A DNA stretch of 64,000 nucleotides from a plasmid. Below the pieces are notes generated by a model. It worked only from the letters and a program-made list of their open reading frames with translations, did no database searches and was not told the DNA's origin. The position numbers and the translations under genes were made by a program. Shown piece after piece: positions 1 through 10,618 of the stretch; within the stretch, counting starts at the first letter, position 1, and each line of letters opens with the position of its first letter. The stretch is from sequence record NZ_CP103541.1; one strand, written 5' to 3'.

Positions 1-756
<756 letters not shown>

Positions 757-759
757 TCT

Positions 760-1010
760 GAGGGTTATCTGTCACAGATTTGAGGGTGGTTCGTCACATT
801 TGTTCTGACCTACTGAGGGTAATTTGTCACAGTTTTGCTGTTTCCTTCAGCCTGCATGGATTTTCTCATACTTTTTGAACTGTAATTTTTAAGGAAGCCA
901 AATTTGAGGGCAGTTTGTCACAGTTGATTTCCTTCTCTTTCCCTTCGTCATGTGACCTGATATCGGGGGTTAGTTCGTCATCATTGATGAGGGTTGATTA
1001 TCACAGTTTA
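760..1010. repeat. incC: incC iterons: five to six direct repeats of about 22 bp with the core tgagggt-N-tgtcaca, downstream of repE
   Basis: Seen directly: tgagggttatctgtcacag, tgagggtggttcgtcacat, tgagggtaatttgtcacag, tgagggcagtttgtcacag, gggggttagttcgtcatca, tgagggttgattatcacag. Confidence 0.7.
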
Positions 1011-1229
1011 TTACTCTGAATTGGCTATCCGCGTGTGTACCTCTACCTGGAGTTTTTCCCACGGTGGATATTTCTTCTTGCGCTGAGCGTAAGAGCTATC
1101 TGACAGAACAGTTCTTCTTTGCTTCCTCGCCAGTTCGCTCGCTATGCTCGGTTACACGGCTGCGGCGAGCGCTAGTGATAATAAGTGACTGAGGTATGTG
1201 CTCTTCTTATCTCCTTTTGTAGTGTTGCT

Positions 1230-1334
1230 CTTATTTTAAACAACTTTGCGGTTTTTTGATGACTTTGCGATTTTGTTGTTGCTTTGCAGTAAATTGCAAG
1301 ATTTAATAAAAAAACGCAAAGCAATGATTAAAGG
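1230..1334 (+). promoter_or_regulatory. sopAB promoter/operator region with repeated ctttgc/ttgcg motifs
   Basis: AT-rich stretch with several tttgcg/ctttgc repeats immediately upstream of sopA. The F sop operon is known to be autoregulated at such sites. Confidence 0.4.
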
Positions 1335-1343
1335 ATGTTCAGA

Positions 1344-2510
1344 ATGAAACTCATGGAAACACTTAACCAGTGCATAAACGCTGGTCATGAAATGACGAAG
1401 GCTATCGCCATTGCACAGTTTAATGATGACAGCCCGGAAGCGAGGAAAATAACCCGGCGCTGGAGAATAGGTGAAGCAGCGGATTTAGTTGGGGTTTCTT
1501 CTCAGGCTATCAGAGATGCCGAGAAAGCAGGGCGACTACCGCACCCGGATATGGAAATTCGAGGACGGGTTGAGCAACGTGTTGGTTATACAATTGAACA
1601 AATTAATCATATGCGTGATGTGTTTGGTACGCGATTGCGACGTGCTGAAGACGTATTTCCACCGGTGATCGGGGTTGCTGCCCATAAAGGTGGCGTTTAC
1701 AAAACCTCAGTTTCTGTTCATCTTGCTCAGGATCTGGCTCTGAAGGGGCTACGTGTTTTGCTCGTGGAAGGTAACGACCCCCAGGGAACAGCCTCAATGT
1801 ATCACGGATGGGTACCAGATCTTCATATTCATGCAGAAGACACTCTCCTGCCTTTCTATCTTGGGGAAAAGGACGATGTCACTTATGCAATAAAGCCCAC
1901 TTGCTGGCCTGGGCTTGACATTATTCCTTCCTGTCTGGCTCTGCACCGTATTGAAACTGAGTTAATGGGCAAATTTGATGAAGGTAAACTGCCCACCGAT
2001 CCACACCTGATGCTCCGACTGGCCATTGAAACTGTTGCTCATGACTATGATGTCATAGTTATTGACAGCGCGCCTAACCTGGGTATCGGCACGATTAATG
2101 TCGTATGTGCTGCTGATGTGCTGATTGTTCCCACGCCTGCTGAGTTGTTTGACTACACCTCCGCACTGCAGTTTTTCGATATGCTTCGTGATCTGCTCAA
2201 GAACGTTGATCTTAAAGGGTTCGAGCCTGATGTACGTATTTTGCTTACCAAATACAGCAATAGTAATGGCTCTCAGTCCCCGTGGATGGAGGAGCAAATT
2301 CGGGATGCCTGGGGAAGCATGGTTCTAAAAAATGTTGTACGTGAAACGGATGAAGTTGGTAAAGGTCAGATCCGGATGAGAACTGTTTTTGAACAGGCCA
2401 TTGATCAACGCTCTTCAACTGGTGCCTGGAGAAATGCTCTTTCTATTTGGGAACCTGTCTGCAATGAAATTTTCGATCGTCTGATTAAACCACGCTGGGA
2501 GATTAGATAA
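1344..2510 (+). CDS. sopA: SopA partition ATPase (ParA family)
   Basis: [35 protein letters not shown] matches F SopA. Deviant Walker A motif KGGVYKTS. The ORF track shows an upstream extension from 1335. Confidence 0.9.
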   Translation: MKLMETLNQCINAGHEMTKAIAIAQFNDDSPEARKITRRWRIGEAADLVGVSSQAIRDAEKAGRLPHPDMEIRGRVEQRVGYTIEQINHMRDVFGTRLRRAEDVFPPVIGVAAHKGGVYKTSVSVHLAQDLALKGLRVLLVEGNDPQGTASMYHGWVPDLHIHAEDTLLPFYLGEKDDVTYAIKPTCWPGLDIIPSCLALHRIETELMGKFDEGKLPTDPHLMLRLAIETVAHDYDVIVIDSAPNLGIGTINVVCAADVLIVPTPAELFDYTSALQFFDMLRDLLKNVDLKGFEPDVRILLTKYSNSNGSQSPWMEEQIRDAWGSMVLKNVVRETDEVGKGQIRMRTVFEQAIDQRSSTGAWRNALSIWEPVCNEIFDRLIKPRWEIR

Positions 2511-3481
2511 TGAAGCGTGCGCCTGTTATTCCAAAACATACGCTCAATACTCAACCGGTTGGAGATACTTCGTTATCGACACCAGCTGCCCCGATGGTGG
2601 ATTCGTTAATTGCGCGCGTAGGAGTAATGGCTCGCGGTAATGCCATTACTTTGCCTGTATGTGGTCGGGATGTGAAGTTTACTCTTGAAGTGCTCCGGGG
2701 TGATAGTGTTGAGAAGACCTCTCGGGTATGGTCAGGTAATGAACGTGACCAGGAGCTGCTTACTGAGGACTCACTGGATGATCTCATCCCTTCTTTTCTA
2801 CTGACTGGTCAACAGACACCGGCGTTCGGTCGAAGAGTATCTGGTGTCATAGAAATTGCCGATGGGAGTCGCCGTCGTAAAGCTGCTGCACTTACCGAAA
2901 GTGATTATCGTGTTCTGGTTGGCGAGCTGGATGATGAGCAGATGGCTGCATTATCCAGATTGGGTAACGATTATCGCCCAACAAGTGCTTATGAACGTGG
3001 TCAGCGTTATGCAAGCCGATTGCAGAATGAATTTGCTGGAAATATTTCTGCGCTGGCTGATGCGGAAAATATTTCACGTAAGATTATTACCCGCTGTATC
3101 AACACAGCCAAATTGCCTAAATCAGTTGTTGCTCTTTTTTCTCACCCCGGTGAACTATCTGCCCGGTCAGGTGATGCACTTCAAAAAGCCTTTACAGATA
3201 AAGAGGAATTACTTAAGCAGCAGGCATCTAACCTTCATGAGCAGAAAAAAGCTGGGGTGATATTTGAAGCTGAAGAAGTTATCACTCTTTTAACTTCTGT
3301 GCTTAAAACGTCATCTGCATCAAGAACTAGTTTAAGCTCACGACATCAGTTTGCTCCTGGAGCGACAGTATTGTATAAGGGCGATAAAATGGTGCTTAAC
3401 CTGGACAGGTCTCGTGTTCCAACTGAGTGTATAGAGAAAATTGAGGCCATTCTTAAGGAACTTGAAAAGCCAGCACCCTGA
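2510..3481 (+). CDS. sopB: SopB centromere-binding protein (ParB family)
   Basis: 323-aa ORF overlapping the sopA stop. Its position and length match F SopB, and a ParB-type HTH is visible. Confidence 0.9.
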   Translation: MKRAPVIPKHTLNTQPVGDTSLSTPAAPMVDSLIARVGVMARGNAITLPVCGRDVKFTLEVLRGDSVEKTSRVWSGNERDQELLTEDSLDDLIPSFLLTGQQTPAFGRRVSGVIEIADGSRRRKAAALTESDYRVLVGELDDEQMAALSRLGNDYRPTSAYERGQRYASRLQNEFAGNISALADAENISRKIITRCINTAKLPKSVVALFSHPGELSARSGDALQKAFTDKEELLKQQASNLHEQKKAGVIFEAEEVITLLTSVLKTSSASRTSLSSRHQFAPGATVLYKGDKMVLNLDRSRVPTECIEKIEAILKELEKPAP

Positions 3482-3559
3482 TGCGACCACGTTTTAGTCT
3501 ACGTTTATCTGTCTTTACTTAATGTCCTTTGTTACAGGCCAGAAAGCATAACTGGCCTG

Positions 3560-3965
3560 AATATTCTCTCTGGGCCCACTGTTCCACTTGTATCGTCGGT
3601 CTGATAATCAGACTGGGACCACGGTCCCACTCGTATCGTCGGTCTGATTATTAGTCTGGGACCACGGTCCCACTCGTATCGTCGGTCTGATTATTAGTCT
3701 GGGACCATGGTCCCACTCGTATCGTCGGTCTGATTATTAGTCTGGGACCATGGTCCCACTCGTATCGTCGGTCTGATTATTAGTCTGGGACCACGGTCCC
3801 ACTCGTATCGTCGGTCTGATTATTAGTCTGGGACCACGGTCCCACTCGTATCGTCGGTCTGATTATTAGTCTGGGACCACGATCCCACTCGTGTTGTCGG
3901 TCTGATTATCGGTCTGGGACCACGGTCCCACTTGTATTGTCGATCAGACTATCAGCGTGAGACTA
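3560..3965. repeat. sopC: sopC centromere: about 9 tandem 43-bp repeats, each with the inverted repeat tgggaccacggtccca
   Basis: Period-43 tandem repeat ctgggaccacggtcccactcgtatcgtcggtctgattattagt, seen directly. The last two copies are degenerate. Confidence 0.85.
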
Positions 3966-4323
3966 CGATTCCATCAATGCCTGTCAAGGGCAAGTATTGA
4001 CATGTCGTCGTAACCTGTAGAACGGAGTAACCTCGGTGTGCGGTTGTATGCCTGCTGTGGATTGCTGCTGTGTCCTGCTTATCCACAACATTTTGCGCAC
4101 GGTTATGTGGACAAAATACCTGGTTACCCAGGCCGTGCCGGCACGTTAACCGGGCTGCATCCGATGCAAGTGTGTCGCTGTCGCCGGCCTCCTCACCCGG
4201 TCACGTTTCGTCGTTCCTCCTCCACGCGCTGCGGCTTCGGGGCCGCACCTGCATTCGTATGCGGTCGCCCGGTTACAGGTGCGGCACGGCCTGATGGAGG
4301 CCGCATGTGAGAGGAGAATTCCC

Positions 4324-5250
4324 ATGCCAAACTGGTGTTCGAATCGTATGTATTTTTCTGGTGAACCGGCACAGATCGCTGAGATTAAACGACTGGCCAG
4401 CGGCGCAGTCACACCGTTTTATCGCCGCGCCACAAATGAAGGTATTCAGCTGTTTCTGGTCGGAAGTGCCGGACTTCTGCAGACCACTGAAGATGTGCAG
4501 TTTGAACCGTGCCCCGGACTGACGGCTGCCGGACGTGGTGTTGTATCGCCGGAGAATATCGCGTTCACCCGCTGGCTGACACACCTGCAGAACGGTGTGC
4601 TACTGGATGAACAAAACTGCCTGATGCTGCATGAACTCTGGCTGCAGAGCGGTACTGGACAGCGTCGCTGGGAAGGATTACCGGACGATGTCAGGGATAC
4701 CATCACCGCACTTTTCACCGCAAAAAGAGGTGACTGGTGTGGCTTCTGGAGTAACGAGGATGTATCGGTGTGGTGGAACCGTCTGTGTGACAACGTACTG
4801 CCGGAAAAAACCATGCCGTTTGACCTGCTGACGGTTCTGCCCACCCGCCTGGATGTTGAAGTGAATGGCTTTAACGGTGGTGTTCTGAACGGTGTTCCTT
4901 CTGCATATCACTGGTATACGGAACAGTATGGCGTGAAGTGGCCTGTGGGGTATGAGGTGAATATCAGTAGTCAGGGAGACAACTTCATTCAGGTTGATTT
5001 CGACACGCCGTGGTGTCAGCCGGAAAGCGACGTTATTGCAGAATTAAGCCGCCGTTTCAGCTGCACGCTGGAGCACTGGTATGCCGAACAGGGCTGTGAT
5101 TTCTGTGGCTGGCAGTTGTATGAGCGCGGAGAGCTCGTTGATGTGCTGTGGGGGGAACTGGAATGGTCTTCCCCGACAGATGACGATGAGCTGCCGGAAG
5201 TCACCGGACCTGCGTGGATAGTCGACAATGTGGCGCATTATGGCGGATGA
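4324..5250 (+). CDS. hypothetical conserved plasmid protein (308 aa, Cys/Trp-rich)
   Basis: Long ORF. ATG at 4324 is preceded by gagaggag; the GTG start in the track at 4279 is less likely. A terminator follows. Confidence 0.5.
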   Translation: MPNWCSNRMYFSGEPAQIAEIKRLASGAVTPFYRRATNEGIQLFLVGSAGLLQTTEDVQFEPCPGLTAAGRGVVSPENIAFTRWLTHLQNGVLLDEQNCLMLHELWLQSGTGQRRWEGLPDDVRDTITALFTAKRGDWCGFWSNEDVSVWWNRLCDNVLPEKTMPFDLLTVLPTRLDVEVNGFNGGVLNGVPSAYHWYTEQYGVKWPVGYEVNISSQGDNFIQVDFDTPWCQPESDVIAELSRRFSCTLEHWYAEQGCDFCGWQLYERGELVDVLWGELEWSSPTDDDELPEVTGPAWIVDNVAHYGG

Positions 5251-5264
5251 AGTATGACGGAGAC

Positions 5265-5290
5265 GGGCGGGAAACCGCCCGTTTCTTTTC
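5265..5290 (+). terminator. rho-independent terminator (gggcgggaaaccgcccgtttctttt)
   Basis: Perfect GC hairpin gggcgg-gaaa-ccgccc followed by a T-run, 15 bp after the stop of the 4324-5250 ORF. Confidence 0.5.
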
Positions 5291-5633
5291 CGACAAAGGA
5301 TGTCGCCGTGCTCCTCTTTTTACTGCGCCGGCTGACGCGGCGCGGCATAAACGCTGCCTGTGGTCAGTGTCCCGCGTCCGGCGGGCACGGGACGGGCGCT
5401 TTTACCGCTCCCGGCTGGCGTCGGTGACAGTGTACGCCAGCCCGTCGCCCTTTTCTGATGAACGCCCTTCAAGCAGCTTTCGCGGCATAACCTTGCCGTC
5501 AGAAAGACGACGGCTGCGGTATTCCACGGTCGGCCTGACCCGTTACCGGACGCGGTGAACAGCCCACAGGCAGCGGGGAACGGGCACCACAGGGGTGCCC
5601 TCCCGGTGCCCTCTGTAAGAGAAGGAGTTTCGT

Positions 5634-6317
5634 ATGTCCCGTTTTGTCCTCGGTAACTGCATCGATGTTATGGCCCGTATTCCTGATAACGCCATTGATT
5701 TCATCCTCACCGACCCGCCATATCTCGTCGGTTTCCGTGACCGTTCCGGGCGCACCATCGCCGGCGATAAAACCGATGAGTGGCTGCAACCGGCCTGTAA
5801 TGAAATGTTCCGCGTGCTGAAAAAAGACGCGTTAATGGTGAGCTTCTACGGTTGGAACCGCGTCGATCGCTTTATGGCCGCCTGGAAAAATGCGGGATTC
5901 AGCGTTGTTGGTCATCTGGTCTTCACCAAAAACTACACATCGAAGGCCGCATATGTGGGCTATCGCCACGAATGCGCCTACATCCTGGCAAAAGGCCGTC
6001 CACGTCTGCCACAAAACCCGCTGCCGGACGTGCTGGGCTGGAAATATTCGGGCAATCGCCATCACCCGACGGAAAAGCCCGTTACCAGCCTGCAACCGCT
6101 GATTGAGAGCTTCACACACCCGAACGCAATTGTGCTGGACCCGTTTGCAGGCAGCGGCTCAACCTGCGTCGCCGCCCTCCAGTCCGGACGCCGGTATATC
6201 GGTATCGAGCTGCTTGAGCAGTATCACCGTGCCGGGCAGCAACGCCTTGCCGCCGTGCAACGGGCCATGCAGCAGGGGGCCGCGAATGATGACTGGTTTA
6301 TGCCGGAGGCTGCGTAA
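5634..6317 (+). CDS. orphan DNA methyltransferase (N6-adenine/N4-cytosine, DPPY motif)
   Basis: Motif FILTDPPYL with a downstream SAM-binding segment LDPFAGSGST (beta-class order). No adjacent restriction endonuclease. Typical of leading-region anti-restriction methylases. Confidence 0.75.
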   Translation: MSRFVLGNCIDVMARIPDNAIDFILTDPPYLVGFRDRSGRTIAGDKTDEWLQPACNEMFRVLKKDALMVSFYGWNRVDRFMAAWKNAGFSVVGHLVFTKNYTSKAAYVGYRHECAYILAKGRPRLPQNPLPDVLGWKYSGNRHHPTEKPVTSLQPLIESFTHPNAIVLDPFAGSGSTCVAALQSGRRYIGIELLEQYHRAGQQRLAAVQRAMQQGAANDDWFMPEAA

Positions 6318-6539
6318 ATGAACTATGCAGGACACGAAAAACTGCGCGCCGACGTGGCGGAGGTGGCCAATGCCATGTGCGACCTGCGTACAACCATGAA
6401 TGAGATGGAGCAGCGGTACAGCTTTAATGCCGACACCCTGCCGGAACGTCTGGTGCGTCAGACGCTGTTTCGCGCAAACCGCCTCCTGATGGAGGCATAT
6501 ACCGAAATTCTGGAACTGGATGCGTGCTTTAAAGATTGA
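6318..6539 (+). CDS. hypothetical small protein (73 aa)
   Basis: ORF whose ATG overlaps the methylase stop (taaATG arrangement). Confidence 0.4.
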   Translation: MNYAGHEKLRADVAEVANAMCDLRTTMNEMEQRYSFNADTLPERLVRQTLFRANRLLMEAYTEILELDACFKD

Positions 6540-6552
6540 GAAGGAGACGAGA

Positions 6553-6987
6553 ATGTACGGAACATGCGAAACGCTATGCCGGGAGCTGGCAGCAAAGTAT
6601 CCGGGAAACGCGCCGCTGATGCTGGTTATCTGGTCCCCGGAAGAGATTCAGGCACTGGCTGACGGTATGGAAATTTCTCTGACCGATCATGAAATCAGGA
6701 CCGTCCTGGCGCGCATGGAGGACATCCCGGAAGACCAGCGGACTGAATCCGGTATTTCTTCCGCTGCGGTGATGGAGATTATCAGCAACGTGAGCGAAAA
6801 CCGCCAGGTGACCGTCCCTGCTGAACTGCTGGCGTCCCTGATTCAGACCGCTGAACAGGCACTGTGGAAACGTGAGTGGGCCGCCCGTGATAACGGCCTC
6901 GCCGTCCCGGAATGCGTTACCCGCCGTCAGGCGGTGGTTAATCAGGCCCGCACCCTGCTGAAAAACAACACACACGAAAACAACTGA
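6553..6987 (+). CDS. hypothetical leading-region protein (144 aa), paralogue of 8703-9117
   Basis: RBS aaggagacgag then ATG, N-terminus MYGTCETLC. Shares architecture with the 8703 gene (..[23 protein letters not shown].. / ..[10 protein letters not shown]..). Confidence 0.55.
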   Translation: MYGTCETLCRELAAKYPGNAPLMLVIWSPEEIQALADGMEISLTDHEIRTVLARMEDIPEDQRTESGISSAAVMEIISNVSENRQVTVPAELLASLIQTAEQALWKREWAARDNGLAVPECVTRRQAVVNQARTLLKNNTHENN

Positions 6988-7037
6988 TGTTATCGCCGCC
7001 TGCCCTGCGGGCGGCGATACAGGGAGAACGCTTAATC

Positions 7038-7814
7038 ATGAACGAAAACAGCACGCTGAACGCACTGATTTGTCGTCACGCCCGTAACCTGCTGCTGGCG
7101 CAGGGCTGGCCGGAAGAGACGGATGTTGACCAGCGAAATCCGAACTATCCGGGCTGGATCAGCATTTACGTGCGGCTGGATGCGCCCCGGCTGGCGACGT
7201 TACTTATCAACCGTCACGGCGGCGTACTGCCGCCGCTCCTGGCCTCCGCCATTCAGAGACTGACCGGAACCGGGGCGGAACTGGTACTGTCCGGCAGTCA
7301 GTGGCAGTCGCTGCCGGTACTTCCGGCAGACGGAACGCAGGTGTCTTTCCCGTATGCCGGAGAATGGCTGACCGAAGACGAAATCAGGGCTGTTCTTGAT
7401 GCGGTGCACGATGCGGTACGAAGCATCTGTTACCAGGTGGCAGAAGATGCGCGACGTATCCGTGCGGCGCTGACCACCACCGGTCAGACGTTGCTGACCC
7501 GCCAGACGCGCCGCTTTCGCCTGGTCGTGAAGGAAAGCGATCACCCCTGCTGGCTCGATGAAGATGACGAAAACCTGCCCGTGGTGCTCGATGCCATCGT
7601 GAACCGGGGAGCACGTTTTTCGTCGGTGGAAATGTATCTGGTCAGTGAGTGTATTGAGCATATCCTGTCCAGTGGGCTGGCCTGCGATGTGCTGCGTATA
7701 CCGGATGAACCGCCCCGCCGCTGGTTTGACCGTGGTGTTCTGCGGGAGGTGGTCCGGGAAGCCCGGACCGAAATCCGCAGCATGGCGGATGCCCTGGCAA
7801 AAATCCGGAAATGA
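7038..7814 (+). CDS. hypothetical leading-region protein (258 aa)
   Basis: ORF with RBS agggagaacg before ATG 7038. The track start at 6987 has no RBS. Confidence 0.5.
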   Translation: MNENSTLNALICRHARNLLLAQGWPEETDVDQRNPNYPGWISIYVRLDAPRLATLLINRHGGVLPPLLASAIQRLTGTGAELVLSGSQWQSLPVLPADGTQVSFPYAGEWLTEDEIRAVLDAVHDAVRSICYQVAEDARRIRAALTTTGQTLLTRQTRRFRLVVKESDHPCWLDEDDENLPVVLDAIVNRGARFSSVEMYLVSECIEHILSSGLACDVLRIPDEPPRRWFDRGVLREVVREARTEIRSMADALAKIRK

Positions 7815-8230
7815 TGACACTGGCGGGGTAAATCCCCGCCTTTTTCCTGCCGGTCCCCGGACAGGCACAAAGGAAGTCGCCGCCGGCTCCGCTTTACCCG
7901 GCCATGCAGGGCATGGCCTTGTGGTTTTTCAGTTATGTGGCCTCAGCGTCGTGTGCTGGCTGTGCCGTGCCTCCATCTTAGCCGGGCTGGCGTTGATGCA
8001 AGGGTACGCTTCGCCGCTGCGGTCACCCGGTCCCTCCTTCCCGTCTGCCGTGATTTTCCGGTCGTTCACCCGCTCAGGTTTCGCGGTCTCACCCTCCAAC
8101 TCCCGCCAGCCGTGTGCGTCAGGCTGCGGCTTCCCTTGCGCCCTGTGCATCCCCGCCTTATCGCCCGGCTTTTATGGAGGCACGGCACCGCCCGGTGTCG
8201 CGGAATATGTGAACAACGGAGGAAAACATC

Positions 8231-8656
8231 ATGCAATATGCGAAACCTGTCACTCTGAACGTTGAAGAGTGCGACCGTCTGTCTTTTCTGCCTTACCTGT
8301 TTGGCCAGGATTTTCTGTATGCCGAAGCGTCTGTATACGCGCTGGCGAAACAAATGATGCCGGAATATGAAGGCGGATTCTGGCACTTCATCCGCCTGCC
8401 GGACGGTGGCGGTTACATGATGCCGGATGGCGACCGTTTCCACATGGTGAACGGTGCAAACTGGTTTGACCGTACCGTGAGTGCTGATGCCGCAGGTGTC
8501 ATTCTGACTTCTCTTGTGATTAACCGCCAGTTGTGGCTGTACCACGACAGCGGGGATGCAGGACTGACCCAGCTTTACCGGATGCGCGATGCGCAGTTGT
8601 GGCGTCACATCGAATTTCACCCCGAATGCAACGCGATTTACGCGGCTCTGGACTGA
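8231..8656 (+). CDS. klcA: KlcA/ArdB-family antirestriction protein
   Basis: 141-aa protein [37 protein letters not shown], which I recognise as the KlcA/ArdB family. RBS ggagga present. Confidence 0.75.
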   Translation: MQYAKPVTLNVEECDRLSFLPYLFGQDFLYAEASVYALAKQMMPEYEGGFWHFIRLPDGGGYMMPDGDRFHMVNGANWFDRTVSADAAGVILTSLVINRQLWLYHDSGDAGLTQLYRMRDAQLWRHIEFHPECNAIYAALD

Positions 8657-8702
8657 TTAACGGACGGGGCGGCAATGCCGCCCCTGTAAAGGAGACGAGA
8701 AC

Positions 8703-9117
8703 ATGTACTGTTAAAGAAATTATCCGCGAAGTGCTGGATACAGACGTGCCGGACAGTGAATGCGTTTTTGCCGTGGTGCTGACCCGTGGGGATGTGCGCC
8801 ATATGGCTCAGGACTGGAACCTGTCAGACGATGAGCTGGAAACCGTCATGCAGCGGCTGGACGATGCTTTTGTATATGGCGCATGTGACAGAGTTGTTTC
8901 CGATATTGTCAATGAACTGATGGAGGAAAAGCGCGTAAACCGTCTTGTAACAGTCCCTGCGGTGCTGCTGGAAAAAGTGATGGTGATGGCTGGTAGTGAA
9001 ATTTATCGCCTCCATGCTGTTGGGAGCGAGAACGGGGGCGACGGTGACGCATTTGTCAGGGAAGAACGTGAGATTATGCGGGTGATGCGTCAGGCGCTGG
9101 ACGGGGAGAACGGGTAA
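8703..9117 (+). CDS. paralogue of 6553-6987 with an apparent frameshift right after the start codon (ATG 8703 reads MYC-stop; the conserved frame continues from 8707)
   Basis: RBS aaggagacgagaac plus ATG is identical in layout to the 6553 gene, but the ATG is in a different frame from the long ORF (TCTVKEIIREVLD...). The track start at 8533 lies inside klcA and is implausible. Confidence 0.45.
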
Positions 9118-9308
9118 TGAATATCAGCACGGAAACCCGCGAAATTCTGCGCAATTACAAAGCCGTGATTAATGCGCGGCGTCGTGAAATGGGGCAGAAA
9201 CCGCTCACCACTGCGCAGATTGTTGATGAAATCTGCGATTTTGTGGCGAATCAGCAGGCGGTTTTCCTCGGTGGTCACTATATCCTTCAGGGCAGCAGAA
9301 ACAGGTGA
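9117..9308 (+). CDS. hypothetical small protein (63 aa)
   Basis: ORF whose start overlaps the stop of the preceding gene. No homology recognised. Confidence 0.3.
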   Translation: MNISTETREILRNYKAVINARRREMGQKPLTTAQIVDEICDFVANQQAVFLGGHYILQGSRNR

Positions 9309-9502
9309 TACAGGGCAGGCGGTGGAGGCCGCCTGTCAGCCCGCGCGAAAACCCTGGCAGGCTGACGCCTGCCGGAAGGGAAGCGGGCCACGCTGGCGCG
9401 TCGCCCGTTACCCTTCCCGTTTGTGATGTGTCCGGAATGTTTTTTTCTGATGGTATGACCCTGTTCCTGTTGTTGTTGTTGTTCTTTTCTCTGCTGCCCT
9501 GA

Positions 9503-10090
9503 TTCTGACTACTGCAGTGTTGTCCTGTCTGCCTGCGCACCTTCGGCTCCCGGCTGCCTGGCGGCATCCGGTCGTCAGGCCCGACTCCGACAGGCAGCTG
9601 CTGGCGCACCCGCCAGTCTCCGCCGAACCCGCTGGCGCGGTTTCGGGCTGTCGCTACGGTCCGATGCGTGAACCCCGGGCTTGCAGCGACCGAACGGTCG
9701 CGCCGCCTCTGTCGCGCCGTGGCCTGCGCTCCCGGCATCCCGGCAAAAGGCCGCCGGGATGTAAGGCGCAACGCCGTTTCGCGCACGCGCTCTCCGTCGT
9801 TGCGGCGGGTCCCTGCTCATTGCCTGCCGGGTGCCACACACCCGTATGAGTCCCTGTCGCCGGGGGCTGATACAGCCACAACCTGCCGCACTGACTGTCC
9901 AGGGTAAATGAACAGCCCACAAAATTTTTTACCCAAAACCCGGTAAAAAATTTTGCGTTCTGCCCCGGACAGGTGCGTCAGGCCGTGGCAGTGATGCCCC
10001 TTGCGGCGAAGGTTCTCAAACGGGTGAAGTTCATACCACAGGGAATACAGCAGCAGGTTCCCGCGAAACGTCAAAACCGCGGCTCCCGAA
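9503..10090 (+). promoter_or_regulatory. Frpo/ssi-like GC-rich repeat copy A (putative single-strand promoter for leading-region genes)
   Basis: About 570 bp, over 90% identical to 16535-17100 and to 33185-33616. Ends ...gttcccgcgaaacgtcaaaaccgcggctcccgaaactcaa. Sits upstream of + strand leading genes. Confidence 0.6.
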
Positions 10091-10336
10091 ACTCAACGGG
10101 TGATGTTCTTTAAAAATCAGGATTTATTTCAGGCTCCGGCAATACGCATTTATTTGTTCTGTCAGTCATCCGGCTGGCAGGTAATGAGAACGCAGGAACA
10201 GAAGGAGGAAAACACCGGAAAGCGTCAGATGCAGATATGAAAAAAGCAGGTCAGGGACCTGCTTAATCCACGCCGTAGAAATCGCCGCAATCGATTTTCA
10301 CGGCTTCACTAACCTGTGTCATAAGGAGTTTCATTT

Positions 10337-10567
10337 ATGACAGTAAGTATTGTTTCACCTTCCGCAGCGGCTGTAAAGCCCCGCCGTCATCCCCGTTTCA
10401 GACGCGAAGACATCCCCGCGCCGGAAATTGACCCCGTGCTGAAAGCCTTCGGGCGACACATAGCCCGGAGTTTTCACCGGGGGCGTGGTGTACACATCCC
10501 CGCCATGAAAAACACGGCCTTCGGGCAGGTGCTCCGCACACTCGAACTGAAACGCGCTTTTAACTGA
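10337..10567 (+). CDS. hypothetical basic small protein (76 aa), first gene after Frpo copy A
   Basis: Good RBS aaggag 7 nt before the ATG. Arg-rich. Confidence 0.45.
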   Translation: MTVSIVSPSAAAVKPRRHPRFRREDIPAPEIDPVLKAFGRHIARSFHRGRGVHIPAMKNTAFGQVLRTLELKRAFN

Positions 10568-10618
10568 TGAGGTGAGCCGCCCCGCGAGGGGCGGCAACAA
10601 ACGGAAGGAGAACATTTT

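Noticed and set aside
2856-3260. 134-aa + strand ORF in an alternative frame inside sopB
   Set aside because: It is entirely nested in sopB with hydrophobic low-complexity translation. It is an overlapping-frame artefact.
3560-3965. Possible CRISPR array (regular 43-bp repeats)
   Set aside because: The repeats are contiguous with no spacers. Each carries the SopB-binding inverted repeat, and the array follows sopAB. It is the sopC centromere.
8533-9117. Track ORF start at 8533
   Set aside because: That start lies inside klcA (8231-8656) with no start codon after the klcA stop in that frame. A conserved RBS+ATG at 8703 in a neighbouring frame indicates a frameshifted N-terminus instead.
9575-9922. 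Minus-strand ORFs inside the Frpo-like repeats (9575..9922, 9654..9920, 16575..16925, 16514..17077, 33091..33357, 33358..33594)
   Set aside because: Open frames are expected by chance in 65-70% GC repeat DNA. They are Arg/Pro/Ala-rich and lack an RBS, and the same frames recur only because the DNA is repeated.
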